Notes: generated by a model from the letters alone, not told the origin. A DNA stretch of 39,793 bases from Octopus sinensis (GCF_006345805.1 NW_021832827.1:1-39793), one strand, 5' to 3'. Counted from the stretch's first letter, positions 26,595 through 38,475 are shown. A program made the numbers and translations.

Positions 26595-26780
26595 ATATAT
26601 ATACATATACATATATACGACGGGCGTCTTACCGTTTCCCCCTCCCAAATCCACTCACATGGCTTTGGGCGGCCAAGGCTATAGTAGAAGACATCTGCCT
26701 AAGGTGTCACAGAGTGGGACTGAACCTGGAACCATGTGGTTGGGAAGCAAGCTACTTACAACACAGCCACTCCTGCGTCT
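26488..26780 (-). mobile_element. SINE group A head (26612-26780) plus a short tail remnant
   Basis: CAGCCACTCCTGCGTC terminus; TCTTTTATTCTTTTATTCATTTCAGTC tail remnant. Confidence 0.8.
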
Positions 26781-27006
26781 CAAATGTTCATCACAAACCC
26801 TAGGTAAATTCGTTCGGCCGTGTGGCCCACCGTTCGTAGATGCATCCCAAACAGATGTTGAGTGAATTTCTTGTCTGAGAAAACAGACCATCGCCGTTAC
26901 ATACACGCATATAATTTATATATATGTGTGAGGCTCTATGTGTGTGTGTGTGTGTGTGTGTGTATGTGAGTGTGTGTGCGTATGTATATACGTGCGCATA
27001 TGTATA

Positions 27007-27615
27007 TACTCTTTACTCTTTACTTGTTTCAGTCATTTGGCTGCGGCCATGCTGGAGAGCACCGCCTTTAGTGGAGCAAATCAACCCCGGGACTTATTCT
27101 GTGTAGCCCAGTACTTATTCTATCGATCTCTTTTGCCGGAACGCTAAGCTGAAGTGACGGTGATGTAAACACACCAGCATCGGTTGTCAAGCATGCTAGG
27201 GGGACAAACAACACACACACATACCACACACACATATATACATATACATATATACATATATATACGACAGGCTTCTTCAGTTTCCTTTAGTCGAGGAAAT
27301 CGACCCCGGGACTTATTCTTTGTAAGCCCAGTACTTATTCTATCGGTCTCTTTTGCCGAACCGCTAAGTGACGGGGACGTAAACACACCAGCATCGGACA
27401 AACACAGACACACAAACACATACACACATATATATATATATATACATATATACGACAGGCTTCTTTCAGTTTCCGTCTACCAAATCCACTCACAAGGCAT
27501 TGGTCGGCCCGAGGCTATAGCAGAAGACACTTACCCAAGATGCCACGCAGTGGGACTGAACCCGGAACCATGTGGTAGGTTAGCAAGCTACTTACCACAC
27601 AGCCACTCCTGCGCC
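27007..27615 (-). mobile_element. SINE group A with internal tandem duplication
   Basis: 27065-27285 repeats 27284-27474. Confidence 0.88.
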
Positions 27616-27889
27616 TATATATATTTGAGTGCATATATTGCCTGTGTATTTATGTATTTATGTGTTTGTGTGTATGCGTATATGCGCACTACCTTTATAC
27701 TATCGCCGCCACCACAATCATCATCACCACACACTCCAACACCTCCACCATCACTACTACACTGTCGGTTCCCTCTCCTAGCCGAATCATCATCATCATC
27801 AGCATCATTTAGGAATTAGAACGATTATAACCGACCTTAGTATTATCACAAACTTTCGACACATGCTTATGAAGAACAGCTATACACAA

Positions 27890-27977
27890 AATTACACACA
27901 CACTCACACACACACACGGACACACACACACACGGACACACACACACACACGGACACACACACACATACAAAAACGG

Positions 27978-28008
<31 letters not shown>

Positions 28009-28415
28009 ACGCGTACGTACACACACACACAAACATATACACAGAAACGTAAACACCCGCACACGTATGCATAGACATAGATGTGTATGTATATATGTGT
28101 GTGTGTGTGTATTCATACGCATTCATCCATACATAGACAGAAGCACCCATACTCATACATGCATATATATATACATACATACTTATATAGTTCATACACA
28201 CGCACACACACTCACATGCGCGCACACAAACATGTATATATATATATATACACACATACATACACACACATATATATATATATACATATACACACATACA
28301 TACATACACATATATATACATACATATATGCATTGTTATATATATATACACATATGCATACATACACATATATATACATACATATATGCATGCTTATATA
28401 TTATACATATATATA

Positions 28416-28460
<45 letters not shown>

Positions 28461-28522
28461 TATATAACACATACATACATACACATATATATACATACAT
28501 ATATCACATATGTATGTATAAT

Positions 28523-28572
<50 letters not shown>
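27890..28572. repeat. (CA)n/(TA)n low-complexity tract
   Basis: Directly visible; includes a short CGGA(CA)n higher-order unit at 27915-27990. Confidence 0.9.
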
Positions 28573-28574
<2 letters not shown>

Positions 28575-28988
28575 CCGAGCACGACACAAAACATACGCCA
28601 TCTCCTTCAAGTTGAGTTTGCGAACGAATCCGTATTTCCAAAACTAAATACAGCTCAGAGCATTTCCTGGATATTGTTCTGGAAAAGTCTTTGGTCATTT
28701 GTGCTACCTATTTGGTTACTTTGGACTTTAATATCCGGACAAATTGGCCAGACTTTCCTCTAGCTATTGCATTCAATTAAATGAAGGTTTTGCCTATTAA
28801 TTCGCATTGATCCTTCCGATAGGTCTTGTACTGAATTTCTAACAAATTTTAAACTGTTTCCACTTCCTTTCGTACGGCATGGAATCGGACCGGCAGTGGT
28901 GACTGTACCGAGCGTTGTATAAGCGGTTTAGAACAGGGAAATGCATACATGCATCTAGGTATATATGCGTATATGTATTTCCTTATCT

Positions 28989-29048
<60 letters not shown>

Positions 29049-29058
29049 ATATCTATCA

Positions 29059-29109
<51 letters not shown>

Positions 29110-29275
29110 ACAGGAGTGGCTATGTGGTAAGTAGTTTGCTTAACAACCAGACGGTGCTGGGTTCATTCCCAGTGCGTGACACCTTGGGCAAGTGTTTTCT
29201 ACTATTACCTCGAGCCGACCAAAGCATTGTGAGTGGATTTGGTAGACGGAAACTGAAGGAAGCCCGCGTATATAT
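29110..29275 (+). mobile_element. SINE group A 5' half
   Basis: Matches 1331-1495 and ends in the internal TA tract. Confidence 0.88.
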
Positions 29276-29468
29276 GTATATATATATATACATATATATG
29301 TATATATGTATATATACATATATATATATGTATATATGTATATATATATATGTATATATATATATGATATAATATATATATATAATTATATATCTATATA
29401 TATATATATATATATGTATATGCAAGATAGATAGATAGATAAATAGATAGATAGATACATACATACAT

Positions 29469-29559
29469 ACTCTTTTACTTGTTTCAGTCATTTCACTGCG
29501 GCCATGCTGGAGCACCACCTTTATTTGAGCAAATCGACCCCAGGACTTATTGTTTGTAA
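29469..29559 (-). mobile_element. SINE group A 3' tail fragment
   Basis: CTCTTTTACTTGTTTCAGTCATTT..GCGGCCATGCTGGAGCACC. Confidence 0.85.
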
Positions 29560-29560
29560 C

Positions 29561-30567
29561 AATAAGAATATCAGAGCAAATCCCTTTAGTACATTCGTGA
29601 AAACACGTGATTATGCTTCGTAAACAGTTCATCTACAGTTTTGTACAACGATCGACGTGTAATTTTAATTCCCTGAATTTTGGGAATCGGCATCGATTTT
29701 TCTTCAACTTTGAAAATGGATAGGAGTTTGATGTTATCAAGCATTGATTCCGAATTGGAAAATTTGTGAAACAAATACTGGGTACTGTTGTGGATTTAGT
29801 TTTTATACAGGGAAACTAATGTTAGTCAGCATGGCTTAGGGTATGATGTGGTCTGGAAGTTATTGTTTGAAGCGATCAATGCGGAAACAAACTTACGCAG
29901 AATGTAAACAAACTCAAAATGGGGGTTCAAATTTCGGAAAATTTGTGATGCAAATACTGGGTACTGCGTGGATTTAGTTTTTATACAGGGAAAATAATGT
30001 TAGTCAGCATGGCCTAGGGAACGATGTGGTCTGGAATTTATCACTTCCATACCATAACCAGGGCCGTATATTATTTTTTGACCGATTTCTTTAGTTCGGT
30101 CAAACTTACGGTGAATTCCAGTATTTCACTTTATTCCACCTTTATGGTACACCTGTTGTGCATTAAATTCAACTGATGATATAGTGATGTGCACAATTCT
30201 TCTTATCAAAATTTTGTTGCATACCCATTTGAATATATCGATTTAAAGATTCATTTTCTATGGTGATTTTTAAACAAAATTTTAATATTTTTACCTTTTG
30301 CTCAATTTTAAATTTTAATATTTTTACCTTTTGCTCAATTTACCTGGATTTACCTGTAATTAAAGTCACTTTGAGAAAAAAGTTATGCAATAGAATTGAT
30401 TAAGAACCCTTTCTTTAATTATGTTCCAAATATCACATTAATATGTTGATAAGTAAAAAAGTTACAGTTATTTAATGAAACAAGCCTAGATTCATGATTA
30501 TTTTAGAATTTAATTGAAACTCATGAGGGGTGTATTTTGGTCAGAAATATAGTAACGAAAGAGTTAA
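29561..30567 (+). mobile_element. piggyBac-like non-autonomous DNA transposon, left end missing
   Basis: Right end GTAACGAAAGAG|TTAA; left part homologous to the reverse complement of ~39590-39712, whose terminus is GGTAACGAAAGGG; internal duplications. Confidence 0.6.
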
Positions 30568-30584
30568 TCTATATGTATACGCTT

Positions 30585-30915
30585 GAATGTATGACTAGAT
30601 ATCAGATCGCTCCAAAGTATCATCGTTCTGACGTGGCAAAAGAAGCTTCCTCATACCGAAATCATCCTGGCATCAGTTGTCATCTTCTCCGCTGGGTTGG
30701 CCATATGAATTCGATGCTGAATAAGCAGCCCTCAAACACAGTCCTCTTTAGCGAGATCGCGAATGAATGCAGGCCTAATGAATGTCCAAAACGTCGTTTT
30801 CATGATCTATTTAAACGCTCTGTCATTTTATATGATGTCCCTCTCAATTTTTTGGAGGACCTGGGTGCTAATCTTAAAAATGGGGGTTCGTGGCGTTTAA
30901 CCGGAGTTGAGCGCT
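30585..30915 (+). mobile_element. RTE-type LINE ORF 3' fragment
   Basis: LRWVGHMNSMLNKQPSNTVLFSEIANECRPNECPKRRFHDLFK resembles the RTE C-terminal LRWxGHxxRM...GxRxxGRPxxRxxD motif. Confidence 0.75.
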
Positions 30916-30946
30916 TTACATATATATATATATATATAATATATAT

Positions 30947-31009
<63 letters not shown>

Positions 31010-31014
<5 letters not shown>

Positions 31015-31065
31015 CGAAAAAAATTCTATCAATGGCTAGCATATTAAGAAATGCCTTAAGGTTAA

Positions 31066-31109
<44 letters not shown>

Positions 31110-31168
31110 AAATAACCTCTAAAGGTATTTTTTAATATGCTAGCCGTTGATAGAATTTTTTCGAAAAA
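31010..31168. repeat. Inverted repeat, ~55-bp arms around a (TA)n spacer
   Basis: TTCGAAAAAAATTCTATCAATGGCTAGCATATTAA pairs with TTAATATGCTAGCCGTTGATAGAATTTTTTCGAA. Confidence 0.9.
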
Positions 31169-31255
31169 TTTTATCCTATATTAGAAGTATATATATATAT
31201 ACGATATATACGAAACGATAGTAAATGCCACCCTCATCTCTGCTTGTTACTTCTT

Positions 31256-31401
31256 TGTTTCCGTCTACCAAATCCACTCACAAGGCTTTGGTCGGCCCGA
31301 GGCTATAGTAGAAAACACTTGCCCAAGGTGCCACGAGTGGGAATGAACCCGGAACCATGTATGGTAAGCAAGCAACTTATCACACAACCACTCCTGTTCC
31401 T
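31256..31401 (-). mobile_element. SINE group A 5' half
   Basis: GTTTCCGTCTACCAAATCCACTCACAAGG...CCACTCCTG. Confidence 0.88.
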
Positions 31402-31426
31402 ATATACATACATATATACGCATGTA

Positions 31427-31471
<45 letters not shown>

Positions 31472-31646
31472 TTATATATGCATGCATGTATATATGTATG
31501 TATGTAGTATGTATATGCGTATATACATATATATATATAATATATATATATAATATACTGTGAGTGTATACGTTATATATATTTATGCATGTAAATAATT
31601 TAATATATATATATATATATATATGCGCACATACATATATAAATGT

Positions 31647-31740
<94 letters not shown>

Positions 31741-32221
31741 GCTGACTTATTATATATCACATTTGCTTAAAGCATTTCAAATGCTAACAAACTGTTCGTT
31801 ATCCAATTCCTGCGATAAGAATTTCCTAGCGCATTTGTTTGTGACATCTTATATTATTTTTTCTTGACGAAGGAACTTTTCCTTGGAAGGAAACAACCAC
31901 TTCGAGAAGGGAAACGGTGGCCGTGTGTATCTGTGTGCGTTTGCTTTCATCTACTTGCCCTCGTGTACTCCAGCATGTCCATACTTGGATCTGTCCATAT
32001 AGACACATATATACACACACACACATACATGTATGTATGTATTTATATTGGTATCTTTGTGTTTTTCCTCCTCTGTGTGTGGCAAGACATAAGTTGTTGT
32101 TTGTTGGTTTCGTTTTTTTTCTCCGTCACTGGATTCTAATGTTAAAAGCGCTGTCATATTTGATTCCGGAATCCATTTTGTTTTCTGCTTAGGTCAACAT
32201 AGTGAGCGAATTAATGCTGCG

Positions 32222-32296
32222 CTGTCGTTGTAGTTTGTTGTTGTTGTTGTTGTCGTCGTATTCGTTGGTATTATTAGTATTATCCTCATTATATTA

Positions 32297-32342
<46 letters not shown>

Positions 32343-32348
32343 GTTATT

Positions 32349-32382
<34 letters not shown>

Positions 32383-32409
32383 TTATTGTTATTATTATTA
32401 ATATTATCA

Positions 32410-32442
<33 letters not shown>

Positions 32443-32787
32443 TTTATTGTTGTTGTTGTTGTTGTGTGTATTGTATATTTTTACCTGTTCTTGCTTTATA
32501 TTCTTGTCGTTGTTTCGTTGTTGTTCTTGCAATTGTTGTCTTTTAAAGTTGTTGTCCAGATCACCGTCGATGCTGTTGTTGTTGTTGTTATTGCCGCTGT
32601 TCTTGTTTTCGCTTTGTTGTTTTAGTTGCCGCAATTGCTATTGCTCGTGTTATTAATGCTATCGTTATTGTTGTTGTTGCGCTTTCTGCATGTGTTCTGC
32701 CGTTTATTATTATTATTTTTTTTCATTTTTGTTGCACTTATTGTTTTATTATTATGTTGTTGTTGCACCGCCGTTGTTTGTATTATT
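32222..32787. repeat. Compound (TTA)n/(TTG)n trinucleotide repeat
   Basis: Directly visible; explains poly-I/V/L/N ORFs. Confidence 0.95.
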
Positions 32788-33043
32788 GATTTACAGAAGT
32801 CACATTTCTATTGGTAGCATTCGGTGCACAGAGCGACTGCAGCTCTGAGTGCAATGGGTTTGTGTAGTGTTTTTTGCGATGATATAATGTGTTTTTTAAC
32901 CAATTTACCGAAAGTACTCTACATAATATTACGTGAACAGACCTTAGAAGTGCTATATTCTGTATATTTGGTGTAAAGGAAAGTCTGGAGCAGACAACGT
33001 AATATATGCATGTATGTACACATACACGCACCCACACACACGC

Positions 33044-33074
<31 letters not shown>

Positions 33075-33127
33075 ATACAGAGAGAGACAGAGAGATTGAA
33101 GTGGTGTAAAGAAAAAGAAGGTAGTCA

Positions 33128-33206
33128 AAATTTCGATAAAAACTATTCAGCTAGCGCTTTCGTCCCGTTTAGGGACTCTTCGTGGGTGAGTTTTTATTGA
33201 AAATTT
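33128..33206 (-). ncRNA. 5'-clipped hammerhead motif inside a short inverted repeat
   Basis: Minus strand acGAAGA-GTCCC TAAAC GGGAC-GAAA-GCGC-TA-GCTG; flanks AAATTTCGATAAAAACT / AGTTTTTATTGAAAATTT. Confidence 0.55.
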
Positions 33207-33434
33207 ATGCTTTTTATATATATATGAGTTAGCTGAAATAAATCTGGAGTTTAATTTGTTTTCTTGAGCTTTGAAAAGTCGGTGTTTTGGGAGTGGTTTC
33301 TGTGTTGTTCTTTGTTATTTTGAATAAATATGCGAGTACATATATGCGTGTGTATTTATGTGAATGTAAGCATGTCTGTGTTGTGAGTTTTTAGACCAAG
33401 AAAAAGGAAAAAAGAGTGAGAAGATGATAACAAT

Positions 33435-33655
33435 TGTAGCGTGGAAGATGTTTATAAGCCATTTAAGAAACACAGTGAACACATCGCGGTCTCAAAGCGA
33501 CGAAAATATTTTGACAAATTAAATTTAATTGATGAAGTGAATCTAACGGTTTTTGTGTGTTTCTTAAATGGCTTATAAACACCTTCCACGCTGCAGTTTT
33601 TTCGTTCCAGCACACGATCTGAGATCAAATCACTTGCTATGCGAGTACAGCTCCG
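33435..33655. mobile_element. Fold-back element with 40-bp inverted arms
   Basis: 33435-33474 pairs with 33556-33595 (2 mismatches); the spacer has TCGC..GCGAC-GAAA-ATAT-TT, a hammerhead-like 3' half. Confidence 0.65.
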
Positions 33656-33674
33656 TAATAGATATATATATATA

Positions 33675-34287
33675 TAAATTATTAGAGAGTTAACCACTAT
33701 GTGGATAACTCTAGTGCTAAAAATAGCTCCGAAGCAACCACTCGGTGTTAAATTAATGGTATTATTAAATTAATATCGATTTTTCACCCTCAATTATAAA
33801 TTTATAAATTTAACTATGCGGCAGTAAATATTTTATTTAATGCGGCATACGTTTCCAATGGAGTCTTGGCATGCTTTTGGCGCGGAATTTGAGACATAAC
33901 TAAAAATGTAATTCGTTGGACCGCTCGAGTTTTTAACGCTCGAATCGATCCAATTAATTGCATTTGAGACAAACTCTGCCGAAGATTTATAGATGTATGT
34001 GTAAGTAGAACTACATATTACATTAGTAATGAAACAATTGTACAGGGTCAATCTATTTTATTCGTTGTATTTCACTTTCCTTCCGTTAAATATATGTTGA
34101 TTCTAGTTGGAAACAGATCTTCTGTGGTTGCTTCGGAGCTATTTTTAGCACTAGAGTTATCCACATAGTGGTTAACTCTCTAATAATTTATGTATAAATT
34201 TGTATTTTCTCCATAGTTTTTTGTGCTAAGCCGCTCGGTGTTAAATTAATGGTATTATTAAATTAATATCGATTTTTCACCCTCATT

Positions 34288-34293
<6 letters not shown>
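33675..34293 (+). mobile_element. Retrozyme/pseudo-LTR-like element: 493-bp unit, terminal direct repeat, inverted 5' segment
   Basis: Perfect 67-bp inverted repeat (33675-33741 / 34124-34190); perfect 52-bp direct repeat (33741-33792 / 34234-34285); (TA)n on both sides. Confidence 0.8.
33974..34047 (+). ncRNA. Type I hammerhead ribozyme motif
   Basis: CTCTG-CCGAAGA-long stem II (ATGTA-TGTGTA / TACATA-T-TACAT)-GAAA-CAATTG-TA^CAGGG; one core mismatch (U to C). Confidence 0.7.
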
Positions 34294-34368
<75 letters not shown>

Positions 34369-34819
34369 CTGAGATGTACTTGCATACTACATCTCTGTAA
34401 TATCTCCACGATCACTACTACTACTACTACTACTACTAGTAGTAGTAGTAGAACTACTACGACCAACAGTCTTCCACTGCTGCTGCTACTACTACAGCCA
34501 ATGAACTGCTGCTACAACTCCAACCACCACCACCACGGTCAGTACTACTGCTATTTCGGACACCACTCACTTTCACTATTACAGCCAACGAATCTAGTCA
34601 ACGCACAAGACAGCCATTATGCTCCCCCCACACACAAACAAAACACCACAACGTGGACTCTGCTGAGAGTAGTAAGAAACAATTATGAACTTTTTTTTAT
34701 TACATTTAACTTTTTAAAATATTTTGATAAGGTTCGTTTTTTCAAGAAGAACCGAAACATGTAAAATCTCGAAGAAAATTAAAATGTATTTTATATAGTG
34801 GCGTTTTCAACCTTTTTAT

Positions 34820-34863
<44 letters not shown>

Positions 34864-34870
34864 ATATATA

Positions 34871-35028
34871 TATTATATAGAAGGAGCTTCTACAGGACTA
34901 GAACTGTTTCATTCAGAGAAATCTTCAGGAAGCTGTAGAAGCTCCTTCTATATAATAAATTAATTTTACTCTGCTATGTATTGAGTACCTTATTTACTGT
35001 GGTTAACCCCGAATCAACCGGGACCTAC
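34871..35028 (-). mobile_element. Fold-back element enclosing a hammerhead-like core
   Basis: Perfect 25-bp inverted repeat (34871-34895 / 34933-34957) around minus-strand CTGAAGA-TTTCTCTGAAT-GAAACAGTTCTAGTC; (TA)n flanks. Confidence 0.6.
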
Positions 35029-35073
35029 ATATATATATATATATATAATATATATATATATAATATATATATA

Positions 35074-35310
35074 TATATTGGCCAAACCAAAAACAGTCTA
35101 CGCCAAAGGTGGCTCTAGATAGATCTCAGATTAACATTCAGGAATTCAGAAAAATAGCATTTAGTGAAGACACCGACATTTGCGCCACCAACGAATAACA
35201 CAACTTAAGAATTTTTCCCCTCTATAAATTGAGGAAGGATGCAACCTATAATTGGCGTACTAGCAAAGTCATATTTTATTGCAAAATATTAAAAACACTG
35301 TTGAATTTTT
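35074..35310 (+). mobile_element. PLE GIY-YIG endonuclease C-terminal remnant
   Basis: YIGQTKNSLRQR...EFRKIAFSEDTDICA..RIFPLYKL..YFIAKY..LLN with stops and frameshifts. Confidence 0.75.
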
Positions 35311-35515
35311 CCATCACAAATGACACAACTACAAGGGCCTTAGTATAATACCCACGCAAGTATTAAAAACGATATATTCAGAACAGACATTATCCATGGA
35401 TTTAATTTGAACAATTCCAATCACTACTACTATAACCACAACAGGTCACTTTAAAGTCACTTGACCATTTAAAAAGACTCTAGCAACAGTCTACTACTGT
35501 CATACCACTCCCGGC

Positions 35516-35776
35516 TTTTTCTTGTTCTTTCTCGTTTTTCCTTCTTCTCATTCTTCTCTTTCTCCTCCTCCTCATTTTCTTATTCATCTTCTTCTTCATC
35601 ATTTTCTTCTTCATCTTCTTCTTCATCATCTTCTTCTTCACCATCATCTTCTTCTTCTTTTTCCTCATCATCCTCTTCTCCATCATCATCATCATCTTTT
35701 TCTTCTTCTTCTTCATCATCATCATCATCATCATCATCATCTTCTTCTTCTTCTTCTTCTTCTTCTTCTTCTTCCT
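35516..35776. repeat. (TTC)n/(TCA)n trinucleotide repeat
   Basis: Directly visible; explains poly-K/M and poly-H/L ORFs. Confidence 0.95.
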
Positions 35777-36124
35777 CGGCTTCTGCTGCTTAAACAATCA
35801 AAACCTAAAACCCGCATCCCTCATATTCTTCAGATCTTCTACTACCTACCTACCGAGCCTTCACAACAGTAAAAGAGAGAGAGAGAGAGAGAGATAGACA
35901 GACAGAGAAAAGGAAAATGTTCCACGTATTTGAGAACCATAGGAATATTTTTGCAATACATTTCATATAAGTTTTCCACAATTCAATTGTTTTTCATGCT
36001 TTACTCTAAGTTGAAAAAGTTGCAAAGACTAAAATATTCTTCACGATAAAATTATTTTAGCATTTTCTACATTATCTTTGCAACCTTTACATATATATAC
36101 ATATGTTTATTATATATATTTGTA

Positions 36125-36305
36125 GTGGAGAATTCACAAAAAAACCAAAAGACGAAGACAGGTGGTGTAGACAACAAACATATATTAGTTTAACGCCCGG
36201 GAAGTGAAAAAGTCTTTAACGTTTCAAGCCTATGATCTTCCACAGAAAGGAATAAAGAAACAAGGAGAGAAAATAAAGAATGTGTAGTGGCTAGCGATCT
36301 ATCAT
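36125..36305 (-). mobile_element. Short element with a variant hammerhead motif (36214-36249)
   Basis: Minus strand CTTT-CTGTGGA-AGATCATAGGCTT-GAAA-CGTT-AAAG; related to 24770-24925 and 6243-6446. Confidence 0.6.
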
Positions 36306-36357
36306 CTATACATACATACACACACACATATATATGTGTATATATATATACACATAC

Positions 36358-36401
<44 letters not shown>

Positions 36402-36430
36402 ATGAATGTGTGTATGTATGTATGAATGAA

Positions 36431-36602
36431 TGTGATTCCGGGTTCAGTCCCACAGCCGGGCACCTTGGGCTAGTGTCCTCTTCTAAAGCTTTGTGCCGAC
36501 AAAATCCTTGTGTGTGGGGTTGATACTTTCGACTATAAATTCTCCAAGACGGTGCCGTCAGCATGGCCACAGACTAATGACTGAAACCAGTAAAAGATAA
36601 AA

Positions 36603-36605
<3 letters not shown>
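36431..36605 (+). mobile_element. SINE group A, diverged and internally deleted
   Basis: GGTTCAGTCCCAC..CACCTTGGGC joined to CAGCATGGCCACAG..AATGACTGAAAC tail. Confidence 0.75.
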
Positions 36606-36658
<53 letters not shown>

Positions 36659-36964
36659 CACGTAAAGAGAGCCTACCGTAGAGCATGAAAACTATACATA
36701 CCCAGACATGTAATCATATACTTAAAACCATCACCAGTGATATTCTTTTGCTTATGATTCTTAGACATCAAGGGGAAGAAAAAAAAAACAAGTCACGCAC
36801 AAATTACTGAAAAGCAAATAACGATGACACATCAATCAGTTAATTAATTAACTAATTAATTTATTAATTAGTAATAAAAAATGAACTACAGCAATGCGAT
36901 CGTTTTTAATGGCGGAATAAACCTCTTACAATATATATGTGTGTGTGTGTATATATATATGTAA

Positions 36965-37001
<37 letters not shown>

Positions 37002-37322
37002 TACGTTCACACACATGCGCACACACATACGCACACATATGAGGACACCTATACGGACACACGCATGCACACACATGCACATATATAAGTCCTATATATT
37101 TGTGTGTGTGTGTGTGTGTAGGTTTGGTTTTGATTGTCGCAAAATGTACTCGATTCTACAGTAGAGGTTAGTATTTTACATGTATCGAGTCTGTCGCTTA
37201 TCACTCTGAGCTTCCCTTGTGGTTGCTCAGGGTCTTTAAGAATGTTATCACTGGAAGCGCATCATTACCTGCCTTAAGATCTTGTACACCCATGTGCGAA
37301 ACTCAAAAGTAGCAATAGAGAG

Positions 37323-37363
<41 letters not shown>

Positions 37364-37444
37364 TATATATATAATATATATATATATTTATAGGAATGGT
37401 ATTATTATAACACCATCACGAGTGGCAAGCGAATTAACAGCCGT

Positions 37445-37848
37445 GTAGCTTGCTAACCAACCACATGGTTCCAGGTTCAGTCCCACTGCGTGGAATCTTG
37501 GGCAAGTGTCTTCTGCTATAGCCCCGGGCCGACCAATGCCTTGTGAGTGGATTTGGTAGACGGAAACTGAAAGAAGCCTGTCGTATATATGTATATACAT
37601 ATATATATATATATATATATGTGTATATATGTTTGTGTTTCTGTGTTTGTCCCTCTAGCATTGCTTGACAACCGATGCTGGTGTGTTTACGTCCCCGTCA
37701 CTTAGCGGTTCGGCAAAACAGACCGATAGAATAAGTACTGGGCTTACAAAGAATATGTCCCGGGGTCGATTTGCTCGACTAAAGGCGGTGCTCCAGCATG
37801 GCCGCACTCAAATGACTGAAACAAGTAAAAAAGGAAAAAAAGAAAGAT
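37445..37848 (+). mobile_element. SINE group A lacking the first ~25 bp
   Basis: Nearly identical to 1351-1725. Confidence 0.92.
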
Positions 37849-38146
37849 ACAATATTAGATATGTACATATATATATACACAAGGGTATTACATGAATACC
37901 TATATCGCTAAAGATAGAAGTAAAAAAATTCTTCTTTACCACCGAATTATCACTATTAGAACATGCAATCAAAAAATTTTTATATATATTTACACGCACA
38001 TTTTTACTCCCACATAAATATCACACTCCCACATATATTCTCTCATCCACCCATACACACACACACACAAGCTTGAATGGGACTGTTTGTCAGCAAAACC
38101 GCAAGGGATGACATATTAATTTCACACTACATCGTTTATCATATCT

Positions 38147-38475
38147 GGGGGAAAAGACTCCACCGGTTACGACGACGAGGGTCCCAGCTGATACGATCAA
38201 CGGAACAGCTTGCTTGTGAAATTAACGTGCAAATGGCTGGGCATTCCACAGACACGTGTACCCTTAACGTAGTTCTCGGGGATAATCAGCGTGACACAGA
38301 GAGTGACAAGGCTGACCCTTTGAAATACAAGTACAACTCATTTTTGCCAGCTGAGTGGACTGGAGCAACGTGAAATAAAGTGTCTTGCTCAAGAACACAA
38401 CGCGTCGCCGGGAATCGAACTCACAACCTTACGATCATGAGCCGAATGCCCTAACCACTAAGCCACGCGCCCTCC
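38147..38475 (-). mobile_element. SINE group B, long-tail type, full length with 10-bp TSD
   Basis: Minus-strand A box TGGCTTAGTGG and B box GTTCGATTCCC; TSD TATCATATCT at 38137-38146 and 38476-38485. Confidence 0.92.

Noticed and set aside
32820-32862. GCAC-AGAGC/GCTCT-GAGTGC hairpin as a pre-miRNA
   Set aside because: Stem too short and no recognisable mature miRNA.
34365-34452. Small hairpins, including (CTA)n followed by (GTA)n
   Set aside because: Short, low-complexity, and explainable by local microsatellite inversion.
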